DNA of 64,000 nucleotides from a virus (Duplodnaviria; Caudoviricetes): the IMG/VR virus record IMGVR_UViG_3300033802_000250; one strand, written 5' to 3'. A program made the position numbers and the translations under genes. A model generated the notes under the pieces. That model had not been told where the DNA came from, searched no databases, and saw nothing but the letters and a program-made list of their open reading frames with translations. Below, piece after piece: positions 1 through 7,976 of this stretch; position 1 is the first letter of the stretch; each line of letters starts with the position of its first letter.

Positions 1-36
1 CGTTTCGTAATCCAGTTCATGCAATGCAATAGCCAT
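1..36 (-). CDS. 5' part of a hypothetical protein (MAIALHELDYET...), truncated by the window edge
   Basis: ATG at 36 preceded by GAAAGGAGG RBS; open to position 1. Confidence 0.75.
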   Translation of the reverse strand, partial: MAIALHELDYET

Positions 37-117
37 CGGAATATCCTCCTTTCGTATCTCATCACATCCGCCCGGGACACCGGGCGTTTTGTGTTGTAGT
101 GACGTGAAAAGACATGA

Positions 118-139
118 GGGGCCGCCGAAGGCGGCCCCC
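118..139 (-). terminator. GC-rich hairpin just after the RNAP stop; probable terminator or stabiliser
   Basis: GGGGCCGCC-TTC-GGCGGCCCC followed by TCATGTCTTTTC on the minus strand. Confidence 0.6.
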
Positions 140-147
140 AATTGCGA

Positions 148-3100
148 TTACTGAGCGGCGCGTACACGCTCAACGTGGATGCGGCAAAGCTCATAGTGTG
201 CTACTTGCAGAATGAACGCCTGCATTTCTGCCGGAACATTCGCGCCATTGACAAGCGCGAACTGCTTGCCTTCCACCGCGCGGACATCGAAATCTTTCGA
301 TTCGCCGCGTTTGTTGATGAGCGTCACTTTCGCGCACACATTACCGACAGCGACACTGTCAGTTTGCTCTACCGTCACGCCGACGATTCCATACTTGGTC
401 GGATTCGTCTTGACGCTCCAGTAGTCGGCATTCCGATTCAGGCGATTCATGATCTCGACTTTGAACTTCGGAATGCCGAGCGACTCGATGTCGATCATTT
501 CCTCTTTCGCCTGCTTGCGCGACGCTTGATGCACTTCGTCATAGGATATATACTCGTCTGCATTGATGCGCTCGCGTTTGCGTTGCGGTTTCTCCTCTGC
601 CTCATCCAGCGTGCGGATGAACTGGCAATCCAGCGCGTAGAACGACGCTTCCTTCGGCGCTTGATTCGGGCGTCTCACAACCGCGTCCAGCTTGTCCACA
701 TTCACGACCTTCAGTTCGCACGGCAGATACGGAGCCAGCAAGGCTTTGTGCTGACGTGCGACCGAACCCATGCGGTGCTTACCGATGTACACCGCCGCGC
801 GGATTTCATCACCGTCATGCTGTTTGCGCACCGTGATGATACCATCGTTTGCCTTGAGGGCGGCCAGAACTTCCTTCGCGCTGAATCCATTCGCTTTGAA
901 ACCGTAGAAGTCGAACGGGATGTGCTTGTCTTCCGGGATCAGCCGGTCGATCTTGTTCAGCGTCGAGATAGAGCGGGACTTCACTTTCACATACAGATTG
1001 CCGTTCTTCTTGAACGTTTCGTACGTCCCGTTCGGCACCTTGCAACGCACCACATAACCTTCACCGACGGACTTGCATTGATGGAACTTCAGCTTCTCCG
1101 GCACATTGTCGATGTGACCATCGTAGTGCGCCAGACGCAACTTCGTTTTGTTGTCGCTGGAATGGCTCGCATTCAGGAGCAGACCTTCGTAGCAGACAAC
1201 CCACGGGAACGAAATCGCCTTGCCTTTCGAGCCGTTGTCATGGTACGCATGTTGGTATGCGGCGGCGGCGATGGACGCGATATCCGAATCAATCGAGAGA
1301 ACAGCACGCTGATACTTATCCACAATATGGTTGATATACTCGCGTTGCTGGTCTTCATCGAGATCCAGTTCGTTCATCCGCTCAAAGTCCTTGCGGTACA
1401 TCCGCTCCAGCGTAGCGACAATCGGCTTGATACGCTCGACTTCTTCGTAATCAGCGGCAGACGCGAACTCGAAGCTGAAATCACGAGTCGTGATGCTGGA
1501 CTCCACGGACTTGTAATACTTTTGTTCGAGGTACTTCTCGATGGCCGCGTGCAGTTTGCCGATTCGGCTGTACGACTGGAACGGTTTCGCGTCTTCGTTG
1601 CCTGCCTTGTAGGCTTTTTCGCTCCACGGATGCCACGACGGCGAGACGGTAATCTTGACGACATCCGGCACCGGCGGGAAGTAACCGGTTTTTGCGTAAT
1701 CAATCGCCCAACCCTGCATAAAGCGGAGAATTTTGACGATTACGTCGATGTCATCAGCGGTGAGTTTGCCCACGATGTCGCGGATATGATCGAGATGCAA
1801 TTGCTCCGCGAGATCCTTCCACGACGTACTCATATCAGTGACTTGACCGATGGTCGGTGCATCACTGATGATCGTTGCATAGTCGAACTCATAAATCGAC
1901 TCATCGCAGACTTTCTTCTTCTCGCCGTCGCCGCCTTTATCGTACAGCATCGGGAGGTTGGTGTACACCGCTTTGACGATGGTTTCATCATCGACAATGG
2001 CGATTCTGTCACCATCCGTATCTGCACCACCCATGCGCGGAAGCGTATCGTCGTAAGGATTGAACACCAACACGTCTTTGAACAGCCCGTGGAACTGTTC
2101 AACGTTGACGGTGTTAATCACAACAGCCTCACTCCGATGAATCAGCGGCGAGCGAAAACCAGCGTAGGTCTTCTCCAGACCGTTGAAGTAGTATTCGCCG
2201 GGGCCGAGCAACGATTTCTTGCCGAACATGCACAGCGGATCGGTGATGATGAACGGATTCGCGCCGGGCACCGCAATGCGGCCAGTACCCATGTCGCGGA
2301 TATACCGCTCTCTCATTTCACGAAGCGACCGCTGGATATACGGATCACGAATCAGATCCGGGTTCTCGTTCAGCATTTCGAGAATCTTCTGGATGCGGCC
2401 ACCGGCCTTCGTCATATTGTCTTCGTAGTCATCCGCATCGCAGGTGGTATCAAGGCACCCGAGGAATGCCTTCGCATGATCGGCGTCTACGAAGATCGTA
2501 TCGCGCACTTCGTCGATGCGTGCTTTTGCGTAGTCAATCGGGTTGGCGATCTTCGGATTGAGCGCCTGCCAATACTGATAACCCATGTAGATGCGACCAT
2601 TGGTGCGCGGCTTGCTCCAGAGGACAATCTCGATCTTCACACGGTTGTCTTCCACGAGATTACCGTACTGATCGTACGCATTCACTTCGTTCGTCGTGAA
2701 CTTCTGGTCGAAGTTTGCCTTCCACATCGAATCTGTGAACAGGACATCGGCGTCGAAGTCGTACACATGCTCATCTTCGCCCCAAAACTTCATGACCTTG
2801 CCGGAGCGGCGCACCGTCTCACCGTTGCAATCCTGCCGATACTCCGGCAGATTGTGCGGGAACACCACGAGGCCGCCTTTGGCGAATCCGAAGCGGATGA
2901 GCCAGAATTGCGGGATCTTCTCCCACAGCTTCGCGAACTTTACATTGACCGCAACCAGCACGCGAGGATCGGAATTGACCGCTAATTGCTCCAGCAGATA
3001 GTCGCGCTCTGCGTTGCTGATGAGGTAAAGCTCATGTGCCCATTTCACGGCTCGTGCGGGCAAGACCGTACCTTGCCCATCGAGAGGGTTGTAATCCTTC

Positions 3101-3765
3101 TCGAAGTCTTTGACGAAGACCAACTCCTGCGTATCCGGGTCATACATTTCCACGTCATGCTTCCGGGTGATGATGTAGTCTGGCAACACATCGAACGTGA
3201 TCGGCTCGTCCATCTCAATCGACGACGACTCGATCAGACCGAAGCGGGACTCCATCTTGGAGATGACTTCGTACTCCTCGAACTGCGCACCATACGAGCA
3301 ACGGTAACGAATCTCATGCGGATTGCCGCTGGTGAACAGCGCCTTGCCGGTGCGCGATTTGGCCGCCGAACGGGATACGCGGCGGAACAGCGTCTTTGTG
3401 CCGTCCGGGTGAATCATATAGAACCCGTGGCGAAGTGCCTTCTTGATCTTCATCTTGGATTTGCACTTCTTGAAGTCCACGACAACGAAGTTGCGAGCCG
3501 AGCGCACTTTCTCCACCTCAAGCTCGACCAGACCATTCTCGTCGCGGCGCAAACGACCGAATTCGTCGCGGGCCAAACGTACCTTGTCCTCCCACATGTC
3601 TTTGCATTCCTTGCGGAACACGCGGCACTCCGACACCAACACCTTGCACGAACGCTTCTCGTTGTTGTCGAAGTCGCGCTCATGGAAGACCAGTTCATTG
3701 CCGACCCACACCATTTCACGGTTGTACACCAGACCAACAAGGTATTGCTCACGTTTCTTTGCCAT
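148..3765 (-). CDS. YonO-like single-subunit two-barrel RNA polymerase (cellular RdRP-related family), 1205 aa
   Basis: Catalytic DxDGD in MGGADTDGDR, upstream RSP motif (FRSPLIHRSE) and AIDYAKTG matching RdRP/YonO conserved blocks; RBS GAAAGGA before ATG. Confidence 0.88.
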   Translation of the reverse strand: MAKKREQYLVGLVYNREMVWVGNELVFHERDFDNNEKRSCKVLVSECRVFRKECKDMWEDKVRLARDEFGRLRRDENGLVELEVEKVRSARNFVVVDFKKCKSKMKIKKALRHGFYMIHPDGTKTLFRRVSRSAAKSRTGKALFTSGNPHEIRYRCSYGAQFEEYEVISKMESRFGLIESSSIEMDEPITFDVLPDYIITRKHDVEMYDPDTQELVFVKDFEKDYNPLDGQGTVLPARAVKWAHELYLISNAERDYLLEQLAVNSDPRVLVAVNVKFAKLWEKIPQFWLIRFGFAKGGLVVFPHNLPEYRQDCNGETVRRSGKVMKFWGEDEHVYDFDADVLFTDSMWKANFDQKFTTNEVNAYDQYGNLVEDNRVKIEIVLWSKPRTNGRIYMGYQYWQALNPKIANPIDYAKARIDEVRDTIFVDADHAKAFLGCLDTTCDADDYEDNMTKAGGRIQKILEMLNENPDLIRDPYIQRSLREMRERYIRDMGTGRIAVPGANPFIITDPLCMFGKKSLLGPGEYYFNGLEKTYAGFRSPLIHRSEAVVINTVNVEQFHGLFKDVLVFNPYDDTLPRMGGADTDGDRIAIVDDETIVKAVYTNLPMLYDKGGDGEKKKVCDESIYEFDYATIISDAPTIGQVTDMSTSWKDLAEQLHLDHIRDIVGKLTADDIDVIVKILRFMQGWAIDYAKTGYFPPVPDVVKITVSPSWHPWSEKAYKAGNEDAKPFQSYSRIGKLHAAIEKYLEQKYYKSVESSITTRDFSFEFASAADYEEVERIKPIVATLERMYRKDFERMNELDLDEDQQREYINHIVDKYQRAVLSIDSDIASIAAAAYQHAYHDNGSKGKAISFPWVVCYEGLLLNASHSSDNKTKLRLAHYDGHIDNVPEKLKFHQCKSVGEGYVVRCKVPNGTYETFKKNGNLYVKVKSRSISTLNKIDRLIPEDKHIPFDFYGFKANGFSAKEVLAALKANDGIITVRKQHDGDEIRAAVYIGKHRMGSVARQHKALLAPYLPCELKVVNVDKLDAVVRRPNQAPKEASFYALDCQFIRTLDEAEEKPQRKRERINADEYISYDEVHQASRKQAKEEMIDIESLGIPKFKVEIMNRLNRNADYWSVKTNPTKYGIVGVTVEQTDSVAVGNVCAKVTLINKRGESKDFDVRAVEGKQFALVNGANVPAEMQAFILQVAHYELCRIHVERVRAAQ

Positions 3766-3810
3766 AGTTCAATTGCCATCCTTTCGATTTTGGGAATGTT
3801 GTTGAGAAAA

Positions 3811-3866
3811 GCATAATTTCGTAGCTCGACAGCGAATTTTCGCCGCCCGCATACGAAAGCATAATT
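3811..3866 (-). promoter_or_regulatory. Two copies of the AATTATGC motif upstream of the RNAP gene
   Basis: GCATAATT on + at 3811-3818 and 3859-3866; same 8-mer at 6719-6726 and 7876-7883. Confidence 0.45.
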
Positions 3867-3912
3867 CCAGCCTTCTCGCCGCATTTGCACCACATCGGCG
3901 GCGCGGGCCCAA

Positions 3913-4104
3913 CTAACCACACAACACCTTCGCAACACGTACAGCCTCTTTGTGATACATACCGGTGATCTGTCTATCCGACATACCTTCGTACCACGAC
4001 AGAGGATACTTGTTACCGTGCATCCTCATCAACGCATCAATGCGTATCTGAATCTGGATGTCACGCTCCTCATACGGCACATACACCTTCGTAGCCATCT
4101 CCAT
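3913..4104 (-). CDS. Small hypothetical protein (about 63 aa)
   Basis: RBS GGGAGGTG before ATG 4104; co-oriented with RNAP gene. Confidence 0.75.
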   Translation of the reverse strand: MEMATKVYVPYEERDIQIQIRIDALMRMHGNKYPLSWYEGMSDRQITGMYHKEAVRVAKVLCG

Positions 4105-4148
4105 GTTCACCTCCCTTCGTTACAATCTCAGCAATGTACGGATATATG

Positions 4149-4187
4149 AAAAAGCGACGAGAGATCACATCACAACCTCTCATCGCT
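4149..4187 (-). terminator. Intrinsic terminator closing RNA B, upstream of the RNAP gene pair
   Basis: 15-bp stem with G-U pairs AGCGATGAGAGGTTG/TGATCTCTCGTCGCT followed by a U-run. Confidence 0.7.
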
Positions 4188-4307
4188 CCTCCATCACCCG
4201 TATGTCGCCAACACTTATCAGAACCTCTCCGGTTCCTTCCCTCAACAACACCCATCGCGCCTTGTCGGGACACCGACAAGCGCGGTTCTTCGCGTTGTTG
4301 TACAGCC

Positions 4308-4340
4308 GGTACAACGTACCACAATTGGTACAACGTACCA
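4308..4340. repeat. Tandem 14-bp direct repeat GGTACAACGTACCA x2; each copy is a small hairpin
   Basis: Copies at 4308-4321 and 4327-4340, partial third copy TACAACG 4341-4347. Confidence 0.9.
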
Positions 4341-4722
4341 TACAACGAGTGCGAGCGGTACGCCGAGGGGTGCGGAACCGAGCGAGAGAGCGACAAAAGC
4401 GACGATTTGACTCCCAATCGCGCAACATCGCTAGGGAGCAACGTCGCATTGTACGCAAAATGCAACGATGCAAGCGCAAAAAGCACAAGTTTGTTGTCGA
4501 TTCGTTGCAAATGCAACACCTCCATATCCGCGCCCGTCTGCGCCGTCGTCGCAGGTACAATGACGACGATGCTGTTAGACGCCGTAGTGTCGTATGGAAT
4601 CGCCGACAGGCGGGATATGTGGGGCCGCCTCGCTCCGCTCGGCGGCGCATCCACACCTGCAACGTCACTACAACAAACATGCAGAATCATCTGCATCGTC
4701 ACCAAGCTCGCTACCACCCCGC

Positions 4723-5502
4723 TCACGCCTCCACCTTGTCGCCGTTGTACGCAATCCATGCGTCCCGGATCTCCAGTCCGCTCGGCTTGCGATCATATTC
4801 GGCGACAAAGCTGGCGGTGAACTGCTTCAACCATTCAGGATCAACAGTTCCCCGGCGGCGGTTCGATGCAGATGCATTTTCCATGCGTTGCTCACCAACC
4901 ACCTCTTGGTTCGCAAGCTTGGCTTTGCGTTGCAGAATCTTAATCGGCGCGGGCATTGCCTTGATGCGACCGAATGCCTTCACGATGCGTGCAATGTCAC
5001 CATGCACACCGTTGGTGTACTTCTTGAAGATCGTGATCAGCGTTGCGTACGATACAATGCGGTCGCCGCGCACCGACGAATACATATGCAGACAGAAGTC
5101 TTTCTTCGACCAGCCGACAATGACTGTATCCGTCATCGTCCGACCGTTGACGCGATAGACAACCTTGATGTTGTCTGCGGACACGAACTCGATGAGTTTC
5201 TTCGGCTTCGATTCCGATTTCGTTCCACCGTCCTCGGCGACGACAGCGTCGTCACCTGCGGGCGGTGCGTCACTGTCGGACGGCACAAAGAACGCATCCG
5301 CACCGTCAGCATTGGCATCGTTGTTGTTGTGGGGATTGCGCTCGCTCGCCTCCGGCTCGCTCGCGCTCGCTTGCAGATCACTCATGCTCATCTGTTGCTT
5401 CTTCATCTCAATCGCCTCCATCAGTTTTTGTTTGCTCATTTTGGAGTAGCCGATAACCCCGAGTTCCTTTGCGACCTGTTTCAGTTCTTGTACGGTTGCC
5501 AT
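4723..5502 (-). CDS. Rho-N-terminal (HEH) domain protein, 259 aa
   Basis: N-terminus TVQELKQVAKELGVIGYSKMSKQKLMEAI fits the Rho_N pattern; RBS GAAAGGATG before ATG 5502; low-complexity linker then unknown domain. Confidence 0.8.
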   Translation of the reverse strand: MATVQELKQVAKELGVIGYSKMSKQKLMEAIEMKKQQMSMSDLQASASEPEASERNPHNNNDANADGADAFFVPSDSDAPPAGDDAVVAEDGGTKSESKPKKLIEFVSADNIKVVYRVNGRTMTDTVIVGWSKKDFCLHMYSSVRGDRIVSYATLITIFKKYTNGVHGDIARIVKAFGRIKAMPAPIKILQRKAKLANQEVVGEQRMENASASNRRRGTVDPEWLKQFTASFVAEYDRKPSGLEIRDAWIAYNGDKVEA

Positions 5503-5529
5503 TGTACAATCATCCTTTCTGAAATTTGA

Positions 5530-6340
5530 TTTTGTGTGTTGAAGTCCCATCTAAATAGTGGGATGCGACCGGCCCCGGCTCCAAAGACTCGGCCCCGTTT
5601 TGAACCCCTGTTTTGCGCGGCGCGGAGGACACGCACCGGAGGGATCACCCGGCGTGATGCCAGCCATGTGCGACGGACGACTGAGACTCTTGTTCGTTGG
5701 TGTGACGCACAATGTTCGCTGTACCTCCCGTATTCAGAGTTAGCTTGGAGGTCTCATGGATTGCGACCAGCCTACGCTGATCCCATGATTCCCCCGTCGC
5801 CAATGCGAGTTAGTGAGAGGACAGGAACACAGTGGGTGCGGCGACTTATGCTACGTTATCCTGCCGCGCGAGTCTCACACACGGCAGGTGGTAGGCCCAA
5901 CCGACGTGACGACTCAACTACCACTGTGTAAGCGATGTTCAAGCAATGGCAGTACGAACTGGCTACACAGCGGTAGTCAGTCCATGCGATTGTTGCCATG
6001 TTGTCAACATCCTTTCTGTCACCAACTCGCACGAACCGATTCCCTCATAGCGCAATCTATGAGTGGGGTGGTTCATCCCCAGTGTACGGCCCCCAACTCC
6101 ACCGTACACAAACCCGAGTTAGGAGTAGGTCGCGTGGAGCATAATGCTCGACGGACGGCTTTCCGTTCTTCGCCATTTCCGCCTTCCGCCCGGGCTATTT
6201 ATGCGTTTCGACTCCGCTGACCGAACCCTCATGGTCTCCCTATTACTCGTGACAATGCACTAGATACGGGGAAACAGAGTCCGATCTCCGGCGGGCGTAT
6301 GCCCGATTTGTTTCGGCATCACCTCCTTTCAGGTGATGTC
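5530..6340 (-). ncRNA. Putative large structured RNA A (about 800 nt)
   Basis: Stems: 5805-5816/6019-6030 (12 bp, 1 G-U), 5917-5930/5964-5977 (14 bp, 1 G-U), 5860-5866/5882-5888, 5670-5676/5794-5800, 6044-6063, 6082-6109; minus-strand G-U bias; no credible long ORF. Confidence 0.65.
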
Positions 6341-6343
6341 GTG

Positions 6344-6682
6344 CTACATTGCCTTCAGTTGCTCAATCTTGATGGCGAGCATAACTTCAAGCTTCACCTG
6401 ATCAGCACCATCGCTGTTGAATTTGCCATTCACCTCAAAGAATGCAACTTCACTCTCGGCCTGCGGAATGACAAACTTCAGGATGCGTTCTACCTGCTGT
6501 TCCGGGAGCCCGAACTCCTCCATCATGATGAGACGGCATTCGGCAATGAAGCTTTCACAGATAGCGCGATAGCTTTGTGTGTCAACCCTGATGCCTTCTT
6601 GCACGACCTGTTTCGCCAAACGATGTGACAGCATAGTCGATATGCCAATCTCAAACATGCGTTTGCGAGCGTGCGAAAGCAC
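6344..6682 (-). CDS. Hypothetical protein (about 112 aa)
   Basis: RBS GAAAGGAGGTG before GTG 6682. Confidence 0.75.
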   Translation of the reverse strand: MLSHARKRMFEIGISTMLSHRLAKQVVQEGIRVDTQSYRAICESFIAECRLIMMEEFGLPEQQVERILKFVIPQAESEVAFFEVNGKFNSDGADQVKLEVMLAIKIEQLKAM

Positions 6683-6754
6683 CTGTATCACCTCCTTTCG
6701 CGGCCCGTGGGATTAGCCGCATAATTTCAACCCCGGATTCACCTCCTTCCGGGT

Positions 6755-6782
6755 AAAGAAAAGGAGGAGCCGAAGCCCCTCC
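6755..6782 (-). terminator. Intrinsic terminator
   Basis: GGAGGGGC-TTCG-GCTCCTCC followed by TTTTCTTT. Confidence 0.85.
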
Positions 6783-6791
6783 ATCTTCACA

Positions 6792-7841
6792 TCAGTTGTT
6801 GGTTGCCGGTTTATTCACCGTGAGGCCGTTGCCTGCGATGATGTTGCCGGTAGCACGGAGCGTGTTGGCCGTGACATCGACACCTTTGTCCAGCACGTTG
6901 CAGGTGATATCCACCGCTTTGTGCATGACATCTCTGACCGTTGCAACACCGGCATGACCGTAGCGTTCAACACCATCGGCCACGTTGAAGAAGAAGTCAG
7001 CGACATGCTCGCGGATCTTCGGATTCTTGTTCATTGCCGTGACCTTGTTGAAGGCTTTGTCATAAGCGGCCTTGGTTTCTGCAATAGCCTTTTGGTCGCC
7101 GCTCTTGATGGCTTGAGAATAGGCGTTGAAAGCCTCCTTCATTTCCTCATTGGCGGCGATGTACTCAGCCCGGATCTCCTCCGGCGTCGGCTCGTTGGTC
7201 TTCACGTCTTTCTTCACCTCCTTATCCTTCTTCTCCGCTTTCGGTTGGGACTTGGCGGCCAGTTGCTTGCGGAGGCTGTCGTTCTCCTCCTTGAGTTGCT
7301 CGATTGCGGCATGGAGCGGTTTGGTTGCTTCAGCGATGGCGGCGCGAAGCTCCTTGCTGAAGACATCCGGGGTCATCACGATCATCGGTTGCTCTCCTCC
7401 TTGTTGGTTTTGCTTGTTGGCTTTGGTGTTCTTGTTGTTCGCCATGTTGGCTCCTCCTTTATTGTTTTTGCCTGCCGCCGGAGTCTCACCAACGGCAGGT
7501 TTCGTAGCGGATTTCGACTTGCCTTGCGGTTTGTTTTGCTCAGCCGCTTTGGCGTACAGTTCGCGATACATCTTCTTCAGGACTTGGCGGCTCATCGTCA
7601 TGTCTGCCTTGCCACCGAGCTTGGTGATTTCCTCAACCAGCTTCTTGCGTTCGTTGTACACGCCTTTCATGCGGTCGTGAACCAGTTCGACATCAGCGCG
7701 TTTCGAGTTACCGTTGAACTTCTCCAGACCAGCCTCCTTTGCGAATGCGGCGACTTCGATGTTCATCTCGGTTGCCATTGCCGTGATGTTTGCGCGAAGC
7801 TCCTTCACCGATACTACTGCCTTCGTGTTGTTGTTTTGCAT
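6792..7841 (-). CDS. Lys/Ala-rich coiled-coil hypothetical protein (about 349 aa) with internal in-frame starts
   Basis: RBS GAAAGGAG before ATG 7841; internal AGGAGG plus ATG at 7445 and 7385. Confidence 0.8.
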   Translation of the reverse strand: MQNNNTKAVVSVKELRANITAMATEMNIEVAAFAKEAGLEKFNGNSKRADVELVHDRMKGVYNERKKLVEEITKLGGKADMTMSRQVLKKMYRELYAKAAEQNKPQGKSKSATKPAVGETPAAGKNNKGGANMANNKNTKANKQNQQGGEQPMIVMTPDVFSKELRAAIAEATKPLHAAIEQLKEENDSLRKQLAAKSQPKAEKKDKEVKKDVKTNEPTPEEIRAEYIAANEEMKEAFNAYSQAIKSGDQKAIAETKAAYDKAFNKVTAMNKNPKIREHVADFFFNVADGVERYGHAGVATVRDVMHKAVDITCNVLDKGVDVTANTLRATGNIIAGNGLTVNKPATNN

Positions 7842-7942
7842 ACTGCATTCTCCTTTCTGCGTACCATGCTCGCCAGCATAATTTTGAGTGTGCTGTTGGT
7901 TGGTTATCCACCTGCGCCACGGGGAGGCCAGCACATGCAGGC

Positions 7943-7976
7943 AAAGAAAAAGAGCCCAACTTAGTAGTTGAGCCCT
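7943..7976 (-). terminator. Intrinsic terminator overlapping the stop of 7961..8566
   Basis: GGGCTCAACT-ACTA-AGTTGGGCTC then TTTTTCTTT. Confidence 0.8.

Larger units (their letters stand above)
4149..4715 (-). ncRNA. Putative large structured RNA B (about 560 nt) ending in an intrinsic terminator
   Basis: Six nested helices pair 4205-4258 with 4342-4405; second nested rod 4561-4704; A-C mismatches on + become G-U on minus; overlapping ORFs are compositionally implausible. Confidence 0.65.

Noticed and set aside
142-2985. 947-aa plus-strand ORF antisense to the polymerase
   Set aside because: Shadow of biased codon usage; no RBS, no motifs. The same applies to other long antisense ORFs such as 45042..48050, 48194..50656, 19037..20584 and 54957..56750
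4308-4347. CRISPR-like mini array
   Set aside because: Only two 14-bp copies with a 5-nt spacer; no cas genes
4058-5158. Overlapping ORFs 4058..5158, 4070..4759, 4134..4820 and 4180..4680
   Set aside because: Arg/Cys/Thr-skewed composition, no family motifs, and the region is explained by RNA structure with a terminator inside these ORFs. A GGAGGTG-TTG start near 4511 is noted but unsupported
5536-6220. Plus-strand ORFs 5536..5931, 5558..5743 and 5813..6220
   Set aside because: Opposite to the local transcription direction, no RBS, no motifs
5530-6340. Assignment of RNA A as tmRNA, RNase P, tRNA or group II intron
   Set aside because: No GAGGAAAGUCC, tRNA-like ends or cloverleaf, or domain V motif recognised by eye; needs cmscan for a firm exclusion
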